From the NCBI GenBank assembly GCA_013540605.1, contig JABVCK010000007.1, positions 27,231-91,230 of the forward strand: a DNA stretch of 64,000 nt. Direction: 5' to 3'. Made by a program: the position numbers and the translations under genes. Positions 26,657-36,252 of this stretch are shown in pieces; position 1 is the first letter of the stretch, and each line of letters begins with the position of its first letter. The notes below the pieces were generated by a model that made no database searches, was not told the origin of the DNA, and saw nothing but the letters and a program-made list of their open reading frames with translations. The DNA is from Bacillota bacterium. GTDB lineage: Bacteria > Bacillota > Clostridia > Ch29.

Positions 26657-28027
26657 TCACTGCTTCCCTATAATCTCAGACACTGTAACAAACCTGTATC
26701 CCCTATCTTTCATCGTCGCAATGATTCCGGGCAGGGAGTCGACGGTAGTCTCCCGGTTCAAATGCATAACAACAATAGCACCGGGATGAGCCCACTGCGT
26801 AACAACCCCTTTTATTCTACCCGCACTGTTTTTCTTGTCTGCATCCGTTGAGTTCAGGGACCACAGGACAGTCTGCAAGCCTATGTCCTGTGCGATTCTA
26901 ACCATATTCCGGTCGTAGTATCCCCCCGGCGGCCTAAAGTAGCGGGGTTTTTGACCGGTATACCTGTGTATTAGAACCTGGGTGGAAATAAGCTGCGCCC
27001 TTACCTCGTCATCCGTCAGAGTATGGTTGTTATAATGATCCCAGGTATGGTTAGCCAGCTCATGTCCCCTTTCCGAGATCTCCATCAGCAGTTCCTTATT
27101 GGCTTCGATGCTGTTTCCTATTACAAAGAAAGTCCCCTTAACACCGTAGCGGTCAAGCACATCCAGCAGAGGCCACACCTTATCCCCCAGATAATCATCA
27201 AAGGTAAGGGCCATCACCTTCTCCTCCGGGCCTTTGCTGATGACAGGCATCAACTGGTCCTCTGAGGGGGTAAGATTCCTAAACTCAAAGGTGAGTTCTC
27301 CTGTATCTTCAACATTCTTTAACTGCTCAAGGGTAGAATAGGCATCCCCATCAACAAAGATACCCTCTATAGTATTATCGTCAATATAAGCAAGCCCCTG
27401 GGTTGCATCATACCTGAATACTCTTCCGAGAGACATGGCAAAAATTCTGGAAGGTATGTATTGCTGTCCCTGATACTCAATAGCCCTATCCGTCATCTTC
27501 ATACCATCCATATAAAATGTCAACCTTCTAACCCTTCCAATGTCGATCGATGCAATCCTTACCCCCGGGTGATATATTTCTATATTTCCACCATGTATCA
27601 TAGGTTTTTCAAATTTCAGCAGCTCCTCAAGCCTTTCCAGGGATACGTATCCCTTGCCGAAAAAATTCACAATATCCACGTAGGCCTCTTCTTCATCCTT
27701 CACCAACTGTATAACTCCCAGATCGGGTATCCAGTTTGCCTGCCAGTTTAAGCTTTCACTTATGCTCCTGATAGGAACATATATCACACCATCCCAGTCA
27801 TAGCCGACATCGAGGAATATACCATTAACAAAAACATAGAATTTCTTTTCCAACCTCTCTTCTGCCAGTGCATTACCGTTCTCTATCTCTTTCTGGGTTT
27901 TCGCCTCATACCAGTTGAACCTGGTCTTGCTAAGGATTTCCCCTGTTTGCGTAATGAACCGGCTGAAAGTAAGAACCACAGCCAAAACCACTACCGCTGC
28001 AAGGAATGATACAATGATTCTTTTCAC
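26657..28027 (-). CDS. Polysaccharide deacetylase (NodB homology) with N-terminal stalk domains
   Basis: 456 aa. TM anchor. C-terminal NodB motifs LTFDD ... HELANHTWDH. Confidence 0.82.
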   Translation of the reverse strand: MKRIIVSFLAAVVVLAVVLTFSRFITQTGEILSKTRFNWYEAKTQKEIENGNALAEERLEKKFYVFVNGIFLDVGYDWDGVIYVPIRSISESLNWQANWIPDLGVIQLVKDEEEAYVDIVNFFGKGYVSLERLEELLKFEKPMIHGGNIEIYHPGVRIASIDIGRVRRLTFYMDGMKMTDRAIEYQGQQYIPSRIFAMSLGRVFRYDATQGLAYIDDNTIEGIFVDGDAYSTLEQLKNVEDTGELTFEFRNLTPSEDQLMPVISKGPEEKVMALTFDDYLGDKVWPLLDVLDRYGVKGTFFVIGNSIEANKELLMEISERGHELANHTWDHYNNHTLTDDEVRAQLISTQVLIHRYTGQKPRYFRPPGGYYDRNMVRIAQDIGLQTVLWSLNSTDADKKNSAGRIKGVVTQWAHPGAIVVMHLNRETTVDSLPGIIATMKDRGYRFVTVSEIIGKQ

Positions 28028-28105
28028 GGTTTCTCCCCCATATTTTAATGTCAGGTATACAAGATAATTTTAAACCATGCAACGGTTGTATACAATACGC
28101 AAACC

Positions 28106-29077
28106 TCAACTGTTAAAAAGTTCATATTCCATCCTTGACAGGTTTTCAGGCAGTGTTGTAACAATTTCCTTTCCTTCAAGGTAATCGAACAATGGTGTTG
28201 CCCTTTCAAAAACCAGCTTATCCGCATATAAAAACTGCCGCTTCAGGCCATACCTGTCCCGTAACTGTTTGTTCACATCCGCATCTCCGTATTTGGCGTC
28301 GCCGACAATAGGATGGCCGCTGTAAGCAAGATGCGCTCTTATCTGATGTGGCCTGCCCGTTACAAGCTTGATCTCCAGGAGCGTAAATCCCAGGTCGCTT
28401 ATGTCCAGGGGCCTATACACCGTATGTATTCTTTTACTCCCTTCAACATTATGGTTGTAGACCTTGACCGTATTAGTAGTTTCTTCTTTTTTCAAAAATC
28501 CTTCCATGCTGCCGTCCCTGCTTATTATTCCTTTGACCACAGACTTGTAATACTTGCCCACCCATTTCTCCTTGATCATATGGTTCATTTCCTGTAATGC
28601 CTTGAGATTTTTGGCCGCAATAACCAGCCCTCCTGTGTTCCTGTCCAGCCTGTTGCAGAGAGCCGGAGCAAAGGTCTGCTCCCTCTCCGGAGAGTACTCG
28701 CCCTTTGCATAGAGGTAAAATATGACCTGGTCCACAAGGCTTTCCTGATTCTGCTTGTCGGGATGCGACAGAAGCCCTGCGGGCTTATCCACCACAACTA
28801 TGTTTTCATCTTCGTAGACCACTTTGAAGTCCACTGAAGTCTCCGGTACGGTCGCACCAGACCGGGGCCTTCGCGCATTGTCAAGTTGTGCGTATATCTG
28901 TATAGCATCTCCCTCTGTCAGGATGTGGGAAGGATGCACCCTTTGATTATTCAGCTTGACCATTTTCTTTCTCAGCATCTTGTAGACAAGCCCGGCAGGC
29001 ACCCCGTCAAGGTATTTTTTAAGGAACTTATCCAGCCTCTGCCCGCTGTCATTCCTGCCAACCCTTATTTCTTCCAT
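28106..29077 (-). CDS. RluA family pseudouridine synthase with N-terminal S4 domain
   Basis: 323 aa. S4-like N-terminus, HRLDRNTGG-like catalytic motif (NRLDRNTGG) and a HQIRAH segment. Confidence 0.85.
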   Translation of the reverse strand: MEEIRVGRNDSGQRLDKFLKKYLDGVPAGLVYKMLRKKMVKLNNQRVHPSHILTEGDAIQIYAQLDNARRPRSGATVPETSVDFKVVYEDENIVVVDKPAGLLSHPDKQNQESLVDQVIFYLYAKGEYSPEREQTFAPALCNRLDRNTGGLVIAAKNLKALQEMNHMIKEKWVGKYYKSVVKGIISRDGSMEGFLKKEETTNTVKVYNHNVEGSKRIHTVYRPLDISDLGFTLLEIKLVTGRPHQIRAHLAYSGHPIVGDAKYGDADVNKQLRDRYGLKRQFLYADKLVFERATPLFDYLEGKEIVTTLPENLSRMEYELFNS

Positions 29078-29102
29078 AAATCACTCACCAACCTCTTTTT
29101 AA

Positions 29103-29234
29103 GGTATGGGGACACACCGCTGCTACGCGGGTATTCCTTGCCGCGGAATGTCCCCGATCGGTATGGGGACACACCGCTGCTACGCGGGTATTCCTTGCCG
29201 CGGAATGTCCCCGATCGGTATGGGGACACACCGC
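29103..29234. repeat. 57-bp tandem repeat x2.3, each unit a GGGGACA...TGTCCCC-closed hairpin element
   Basis: The unit GGTATGGGGACACACCGCTGCTACGCGGGTATTCCTTGCCGCGGAATGTCCCCGATC occurs at 29103-29159 and 29160-29216 (identical), with a third partial copy at 29217-29234. Confidence 0.95.
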
Positions 29235-29238
29235 CTGT

Positions 29239-29411
29239 CAGTTCCCAGTTACCAGATGACAAACTTCAGTTGTCAGTTCCCGATTCCCAGTTGCCAGTGC
29301 ATAGGGTAAAGCTAGAGGGAAAAGACCTATAAGCTTTGCCTTAGCAACTACGAACTACCAACTACGAACTACGAACTAATATCGGGTACCTGCGATCTGC
29401 CATCTGCCATC
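29239..29411. repeat. Heptad array E (inverted orientation), two arms split by a 40-bp spacer
   Basis: Arm 1, 29239-29301: CAGTTCC CAGTTAC CAGATGA CAAACTT CAGTTGT CAGTTCC CGATTCC CAGTTGC CAGTGCA. The spacer has an AAAGCT/AGCTTT hairpin. Arm 2, 29342-29411: TAGCAAC TACGAAC TACCAAC TACGAAC TACGAAC ... TGCGATC TGCCATC TGCCATC. Confidence 0.9.
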
Positions 29412-29493
29412 TATAACCTAAATAATAGTCATATCAGCCAGTGTGTCAATATATCTATATATTAATATCAGCCCGGATATTTGTAAATAAAAC

Positions 29494-29655
29494 ATGAGGG
29501 AGATGTGCAGTTTGAACCCGTATATACTTCTATTATGCGTTTTTATTGTATTTGGATTGCTCCAGTACATTTACTCGGTCCGGACGGCAAAAAAACTACT
29601 GGCTAAGCGATACAGCCGGTTTTGCGCATCCCGTCGGTATCGCCGATATCAGTAA
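29494..29655 (+). CDS. Possible small membrane protein (53 aa, below ORF-track cutoff)
   Basis: Own translation: MREMCSLNPYILLLCVFIVFGLLQYIYSVRTAKKLLAKRYSRFCASRRYRRYQ. One TM helix plus a basic tail. RBS weak or ambiguous. Confidence 0.3.
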   Translation: MREMCSLNPYILLLCVFIVFGLLQYIYSVRTAKKLLAKRYSRFCASRRYRRYQ

Positions 29656-29743
29656 TCCTGGACACAGCTAACCCGCTGCCTGAATAAATCGGGTATATGT
29701 TGCACAAAATTATAGTGTTACCCAAGTCCGGGAGGATCTGTAC

Positions 29744-30421
29744 ATGCTAATAGTATTTATTAGGGCTCTTATACTATACACAATAGTCGTGATTACTATG
29801 AGAATAATGGGCAAACGACAGATAGGCCAACTGCAGCCCTTCGAACTCGTAATAGCTGTCCTTATCGCCGAACTGGCAGGTATACCCATGAGCGACACGG
29901 ATATACCATTGATCAACGGTGTTGTGGCCATACTCACGCTTCTGATTTCGCAGGTGTTCCTGTCCTACATAACCCTTAAAAGCAACAGGGCGCGGAAAGT
30001 AGTATGCGGAGCCCCGAGTATTCTGATTGAAAACGGAAAGATAGCTGAAAAGGAGCTCCGCCGTCTGCGGTATAATATCAACGACCTTATCGAGCAGCTG
30101 CGGTTAAAGAATTATGCGAATATCTCCGATGTCGAGTATGCAATACTGGAAACCGACGGCCAGTTGAGTGTGATTCCAAAATCATCGAAACGTCCGGTTA
30201 TCACAGAGGATTTACATATTGCCGCCGAATACGAAGGATTGCCCCTAAGCCTTGTAATAGATGGAAGGGTGATCGACAAGAACCTTCATGCATTGGGCAA
30301 GGACAGGGAATGGTTGGTACAGCAGGTTCAGGCTATGGGTTTCGGTAGCTGTAAAGAGATACTGTTTGCCAGCCTGGACAGCAGCGGCAACCTATTTACA
30401 CAAAGAAAAACAGGAGGCTGA
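29744..30421 (+). CDS. DUF421 domain protein (YetF-like membrane protein)
   Basis: 225 aa. The N-terminus ...MRIMGKRQIGQLQPFELV is characteristic of DUF421. Confidence 0.82.
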   Translation: MLIVFIRALILYTIVVITMRIMGKRQIGQLQPFELVIAVLIAELAGIPMSDTDIPLINGVVAILTLLISQVFLSYITLKSNRARKVVCGAPSILIENGKIAEKELRRLRYNINDLIEQLRLKNYANISDVEYAILETDGQLSVIPKSSKRPVITEDLHIAAEYEGLPLSLVIDGRVIDKNLHALGKDREWLVQQVQAMGFGSCKEILFASLDSSGNLFTQRKTGG

Positions 30422-30425
30422 TTCT

Positions 30426-30806
30426 GTGAAACCTATTATTATCATAGTGATATCTCTGGTTTTTATCATAGGCATGGGTTGCTGGACACTCAACCAGGTC
30501 ACCCGTTCTTCAGATAGACTGTTATCCCTGTCCGGAGAGCTGGAAGAAAAGATCGGTCAAAACCTTTGGAATGACGCAGGAAAAGTCCTGGAGGATATAA
30601 AATCCACATGGAACAGTACAAAGACAGTATGGACAATTCTATTGAACCATAAAGAGATAGATAACATAGATATAACCGTAGTCAAACTGGAACAGTACAT
30701 TAATACAGGTGAAGTCGGGCTTTCCCTTGCCGAAGCAGCGTCCCTTAAGTTTCTTTTCCAGCATATACGCGACAAGGAAAGGCCCACTTTGAAGAACATT
30801 TTTTAA
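30426..30806 (+). CDS. DUF4363 family protein
   Basis: The GTG at 30426 follows CAGGAGG (the ORF track starts at an upstream in-frame ATG inside the previous gene). N-terminal TM helix. This family commonly pairs with DUF421. Confidence 0.65.
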   Translation: MKPIIIIVISLVFIIGMGCWTLNQVTRSSDRLLSLSGELEEKIGQNLWNDAGKVLEDIKSTWNSTKTVWTILLNHKEIDNIDITVVKLEQYINTGEVGLSLAEAASLKFLFQHIRDKERPTLKNIF

Positions 30807-30837
30807 AAACTTCCTACATTTTGGCATCGGTTTGTAA

Positions 30838-31812
<975 letters not shown>

Positions 31813-31872
31813 ATGATGGCAAGCCCGTTTTAGGGCTTGTCATTTTATTTTACCTGATTTCACTGCCCAGTT

Positions 31873-32349
31873 CTATATAAACAGCTGTAAATCCGCCTGG
31901 GTGGCATCATTCAGGTACTGAGTGACATCCATCACTTCCACTTCAGGGATTAATTCGCCCTTTTTAAAACCCATGACTTCCATCGAAAGCTTGCATGCAC
32001 AGAACTTGACATCTCTCTTCCGTGCGCCTTCAAACAGCCGGGTTAAGCTAGGCGCATCATCTTCCTCCATCATATCCTTCATCAATGCCTTCCCTATCCC
32101 CATAAAGTTCATCCTTGACAATCCCAGGTCTTCGGGCCCCTTGGGGGTCACTGCTCCAAGCATCTGCTCATAGGTGGTTTTAGCGTCGTTATCCACCCTC
32201 TCGGGATCGCGGAGCAGGAACAATCCCCAGAAAGCGAAGAACATGGAGACTTCCATGCCGTTATTCCTGGCACCATTTGCTATCATCAGGGCAGCAAACG
32301 CTTTGTCGTAATCACCGCTGAAAACCAACAGATTGACTTTCTTCGCCAA
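31873..32349 (-). CDS. DsrE/DsrF/DrsH-like family protein
   Basis: 158 aa. The pattern LLVFSGDYDKAFAALMIANGA ... FFAFWG is typical of the DsrE-like family. Confidence 0.7.
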   Translation of the reverse strand: MAKKVNLLVFSGDYDKAFAALMIANGARNNGMEVSMFFAFWGLFLLRDPERVDNDAKTTYEQMLGAVTPKGPEDLGLSRMNFMGIGKALMKDMMEEDDAPSLTRLFEGARKRDVKFCACKLSMEVMGFKKGELIPEVEVMDVTQYLNDATQADLQLFI

Positions 32350-32553
32350 CTCAAGTACCCCTTTCGTTTTCCTTCTCTAGTATAGTTATTTCCTGTGACG
32401 GCTGTATAAATTCATCGAAGCATCCTGCCTTCACTCTATATTCTCCAGAGGTGTGTCAATAAACGTTATGCGCACGAAGCAGCCCACCGTTGATATGGTG
32501 GGCTGCTTGGTCTGATCATCTGCATAATGCAATCTGTGGGTACCGGTGGTCAA

Positions 32554-33543
32554 CTAAACCAGGAAGCCATACTTGAGAGGATCCCTTTCATCCAGCACAT
32601 AGTTGTTAAAGCCGGTAATAAATGCCTTGCCGGTAATCTCAGGAATTACCGCATCGAATTCTCCAACCCTGGTTACACCGATAAGCCTGCCGGTAAAGGC
32701 AGTATCGATTATGCTCCTGTAAACAAAGTCCTCTCCCAGCTTCAGTTCACCTTTTTTATAAAGGACGGCCATTTTAGCGCTGGTTCCGGTTCCGCAGGGG
32801 GACCTGTCGAACTGTCCTGCTCCGAACACCACAACATTTTTATATCCATCTTGACGCTTTTCATAGATCTCGACGAGTTCCACAGCTTTTATATGAGGTC
32901 TCTCCGGATGATATACCTTTATCTTTTTGTTTATTACCTCCTGAAGCTCCATAGCTTTGCTCACGAGAGCGTTAATATGCTCCGTTTCAACGCTCAGTCC
33001 GAACTCCTTCACATCTACCAGCGCAAAGAAGCTCCCGCCAAAGGATATATCAAAGGTTACCTTCCCGGATGAAGGTGTTTCAACGCTCATCCCTTCACCG
33101 AACATGAAAGCGGGAACGTTTTGTATGGTTACTTCTTCTGCCTTTCCACCGGATACTCTGACTCTGGCTTCAACCAATCCTGAAGGGGAATCAAGCTTAA
33201 CTATGGTCTCAGGCTCGGTGACCTTCACCATCCCTGTTTCAACAGCTATGCTGGCTGCTCCGATTGAACCGTGCCCGCACATGTTCAGGAAGCTTCCTGA
33301 ATGCATGAACACGATTCCCATGTCAGCCTCCGGATTGCATGGCTCTGTTATTATCGAGCCAAACATATCCCTATGGCCCCGGGGTTCATGCATAAGTGCT
33401 GTTCTCACATAGTCTAAGTTTTGCTCAAGATATGCTTTCTTTTCTGCCATTGTGTTCCCTGGAATTGCCGGCAAACCACCAACCACTACCCTGGTTGGCT
33501 CTCCCATGGTATGGGAATCTACGGCCTTGATAGTAAGTTCCAT
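32554..33543 (-). CDS. Proline racemase family enzyme (proline racemase or 4-hydroxyproline 2-epimerase)
   Basis: 329 aa. DSHTMGEPTRVV N-terminus. Both catalytic Cys regions are present (NMCGHG and SPCGTGTSA). Confidence 0.85.
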   Translation of the reverse strand: MELTIKAVDSHTMGEPTRVVVGGLPAIPGNTMAEKKAYLEQNLDYVRTALMHEPRGHRDMFGSIITEPCNPEADMGIVFMHSGSFLNMCGHGSIGAASIAVETGMVKVTEPETIVKLDSPSGLVEARVRVSGGKAEEVTIQNVPAFMFGEGMSVETPSSGKVTFDISFGGSFFALVDVKEFGLSVETEHINALVSKAMELQEVINKKIKVYHPERPHIKAVELVEIYEKRQDGYKNVVVFGAGQFDRSPCGTGTSAKMAVLYKKGELKLGEDFVYRSIIDTAFTGRLIGVTRVGEFDAVIPEITGKAFITGFNNYVLDERDPLKYGFLV

Positions 33544-33703
33544 TGATAAACCCCCTTAGCATGCAATTAGTCGTATCTATACATCTGCTTTTTTGTATAT
33601 ATTCTATCACCGGAAGCAAATATCCTTCACAGGACCTTTAAACTATTATGCATTATTTTATTATTACTAAAGACGCCGTCAGGCGAATAATAACCCACCC
33701 TCA

Positions 33704-34456
33704 TCATTCCATTTTACCAACCGTTGCTGCATATATAGCAAACTCATCACTGCCATCGACTCCCAGCAGAGCATCCATCTTGCCCTGGTCATATTTGCCG
33801 ATGGCGCAGGTCCCTGCCCCAACAGCTTCGCTTGCGAGATACAGATTCTGGCATAGATGTCCCACATCTATGGCAATCATCTTGTGGGCGATTATGCTGT
33901 AACGCCATTCCGCCCTGTAGGGAACCGCCGTCCAGATAAATACAACAGCGCTGTTCTTAACGAATTTCTGGTTGTGGCAGGCTGCGGACATATCCTCAAT
34001 GCTCTCAGCACAGCCGTGGCTCACCACCAGCTTGTGTTCCAGGGGCAGGTATCTGTACAACCCCGGTTCCAGTCCGATTACATTGCTTATATAAAGATAC
34101 GTCTCAAAGGGGTGCCTGCCCCCTGCAGAGGGCGCATTCCTCAGATTTGGCTTATCCCCCGACAGTCCCTGGGTCGACCAAAGCATGAATGACAGCTCCT
34201 CAAGGGATAACGGTTGGCCGGAATACTTCCTCCTGCTTCTCCGTTTTTTTATCACGTCCTTGAGGAATACTTCCCCTACTGTAAAATCATCAGGTGAAAT
34301 CAAATCAATCAGTTTATCCCCGTCTGCATAGGGCTTCTGAGGCGCGGGCTGGGCTATACCCTTATCCTGGTCCTTCTCCAGTTCATTGGCATCCCACCTA
34401 TCCCAGTACAAAGACTTGAGAAATTCACGGTTGCTGTTTATATCCTTCATACTCAT
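33704..34456 (-). CDS. SagB/ThcOx-type nitroreductase family dehydrogenase
   Basis: 250 aa. RRSRRKY motif and an SAGGRHP segment typical of SagB-type dehydrogenase domains. Confidence 0.75.
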   Translation of the reverse strand: MSMKDINSNREFLKSLYWDRWDANELEKDQDKGIAQPAPQKPYADGDKLIDLISPDDFTVGEVFLKDVIKKRRSRRKYSGQPLSLEELSFMLWSTQGLSGDKPNLRNAPSAGGRHPFETYLYISNVIGLEPGLYRYLPLEHKLVVSHGCAESIEDMSAACHNQKFVKNSAVVFIWTAVPYRAEWRYSIIAHKMIAIDVGHLCQNLYLASEAVGAGTCAIGKYDQGKMDALLGVDGSDEFAIYAATVGKME

Positions 34457-34485
34457 TCCTCCATTTATTTTTTATATAGAACCGC

Positions 34486-35367
34486 TTAAATGTCCACCCC
34501 AAGGAGCACCCTTACCAGATAACCGATACCGAAAGACAAGGCGGCAACTCCAAGGCTTATCAAAGCCATTTCAAAAAATCTTTTCCTGAAATCCAGATCC
34601 TTTGCAACGGATATGTAAAAGTTGAATACAAGAATAATCATAATGGCCGCAAGTATAGTCAATGCCAGGCAGACGAGATAGTTCCCAAGGACAAGGAAAG
34701 GCAGTATTAGAAATATAACCGTAAAGATATACGCACATCCCGTATATATTGAGGACTTGAGCGCATGGCTATGGTCGCTTTCCGATTTTGTTGACAGGTA
34801 TTCAGACGCTGCCATTGAAAAGGACGCTGCGATGCCCGTAATCAGCCCGGCCAGGGCGATAAGCCGCGTATCCCTCAGCGCAAAGGATAGGCCCGCCAGT
34901 GTACCTGTGAGCTCAACGAGGGCATCGTTGAGCCCCAGCACCACAGAACCGATGTACTGCAGGCGCTCCTCCTGCAGCAAGCTGATCAATTCCCTTTCGT
35001 GTTTGTCTTCATCGTCAACCAGCCTATGTACTTCGGGAATTTTTTCGGAAACTCTTTCATAAAGGTTTTGAGCTTTCTCTTCCCGTTTCTCAAGAAGTTT
35101 GATTCCAAAGGTCAATCCAAATATCCTGCAAATCCAGTAATACCAAAATATCAGAAGCCTCTTTGGCTTTACGCTTTGCCCGGTGATTTTCTGCCAAAAG
35201 TGAAAGTGGCTCAGTTCATCCTCCGAAATATCCTTTAATACTTCACTGTTCGTCTTATCCTTCGTGATGGCGGAAAGTCTTTTATAGATATGGTACTCGG
35301 TAATTTCATCCCTTTGGGAGTTAATTATCGCATCTAAAGTTTTGTTGTCCAGCCTGATTTCCTCCAT
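34486..35367 (-). CDS. VIT1/CCC1 family iron/manganese transporter with N-terminal ferritin-like domain
   Basis: 293 aa. N-terminal ferritin-like region (E..H pairs), then the LGLNDALVELTG motif and C-terminal TM helices of the VIT family. Confidence 0.8.
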   Translation of the reverse strand: MEEIRLDNKTLDAIINSQRDEITEYHIYKRLSAITKDKTNSEVLKDISEDELSHFHFWQKITGQSVKPKRLLIFWYYWICRIFGLTFGIKLLEKREEKAQNLYERVSEKIPEVHRLVDDEDKHERELISLLQEERLQYIGSVVLGLNDALVELTGTLAGLSFALRDTRLIALAGLITGIAASFSMAASEYLSTKSESDHSHALKSSIYTGCAYIFTVIFLILPFLVLGNYLVCLALTILAAIMIILVFNFYISVAKDLDFRKRFFEMALISLGVAALSFGIGYLVRVLLGVDI

Positions 35368-35460
35368 TGTTCATGCACCTCTCAGTCTACAATGAACAGC
35401 TTTGCCCCTTTCTCCGTGCGGGATCTGTGGGGATTGATTCCCCTCTTTATTTCTGAAGCC

Positions 35461-36156
35461 TTATAGTGCTTTAAGCTTATCAATTCCTGCTAAATTGGGA
35501 CATACTCTCCTGCAAATACTGCATTTCTTAAGTACATAGCCCTTCTCGGTGCGAAAATTTGACAGGGGCCTGCATAATTCCTGGTTAACCGTAATACCGT
35601 CCAATGCACCCTGGGGACATGCATCGATACAAAGGCTGCACCCTTCAGGACAGCTGCTGTAGCGTGCAATTTCATCCGGTTCAAGTTCAGCATCAACCAA
35701 CACAGCCCCTATTTGAATCATATTCCCCAGATCTTCGTTAATCAGCAGAGTATTTTTCCCAAGTACACCTAATCCCGCCAGCCAGGCTGCATGCCTCATG
35801 GACAGGATTGCCCTGCCATACTGGCGTTTCTGCTCCCAGTGCTCATAGGGGTCGTCGGAAGGTACAGGTACAGCTCTCACGCCCATTCTTTCAAGGTATA
35901 GGGCCAGTTCTACGGTAATCCCGTCAACCATCTGCGTTACGACATTGTTGACCATTGTATATGGAACGCAGCTTGCAGCAAATATCGCATCGGTGGGCAA
36001 TTTCTTGGCAAAGACTATTACAGACCGGCATTCGCTATAAATATCCATAGGTCGGAATCCCTCCGGGGCTTCATTAAACCTATCGCCAGGGGCAATGCCG
36101 CATAGGTCGGCGCCCAGATTTTTAGCCGCAGCCTTTATTTGGATTGCATCTATCAT
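35461..36156 (-). CDS. 4Fe-4S dicluster protein of the QueG/reductive-dehalogenase-like family
   Basis: 231 aa. N-terminus resembles QueG (LGADLCGIAP). Two cluster motifs: CPEGCSLCIDACP and CSICRRVCP. Confidence 0.6.
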   Translation of the reverse strand: MIDAIQIKAAAKNLGADLCGIAPGDRFNEAPEGFRPMDIYSECRSVIVFAKKLPTDAIFAASCVPYTMVNNVVTQMVDGITVELALYLERMGVRAVPVPSDDPYEHWEQKRQYGRAILSMRHAAWLAGLGVLGKNTLLINEDLGNMIQIGAVLVDAELEPDEIARYSSCPEGCSLCIDACPQGALDGITVNQELCRPLSNFRTEKGYVLKKCSICRRVCPNLAGIDKLKAL

Positions 36157-36252
36157 AATTATCCCCCTCAGCTCAATGAATATATTCCATTGCTTTTACC
36201 GTACCCCCTAGCTGATGCCATGTATGCGGGCTCCCGGCTGCCGGCGCAGTAA

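Noticed and set aside
29103-29234. The 57-bp direct repeats could have been a short CRISPR array.
   Set aside because: The units are directly adjacent with no spacers. There are only 2.3 copies and no cas genes in the window. I interpret it as a tandem repeat of a hairpin element.
28886-29332. Three ORFs (148, 65 and 67 aa) with repeated peptide segments such as YGDTPLLRGYSLPRNVPDR.
   Set aside because: They are translations of the 57-bp tandem repeat and heptad array E in several frames and on both strands. They have no RBS and overlap the rluA-family start region.
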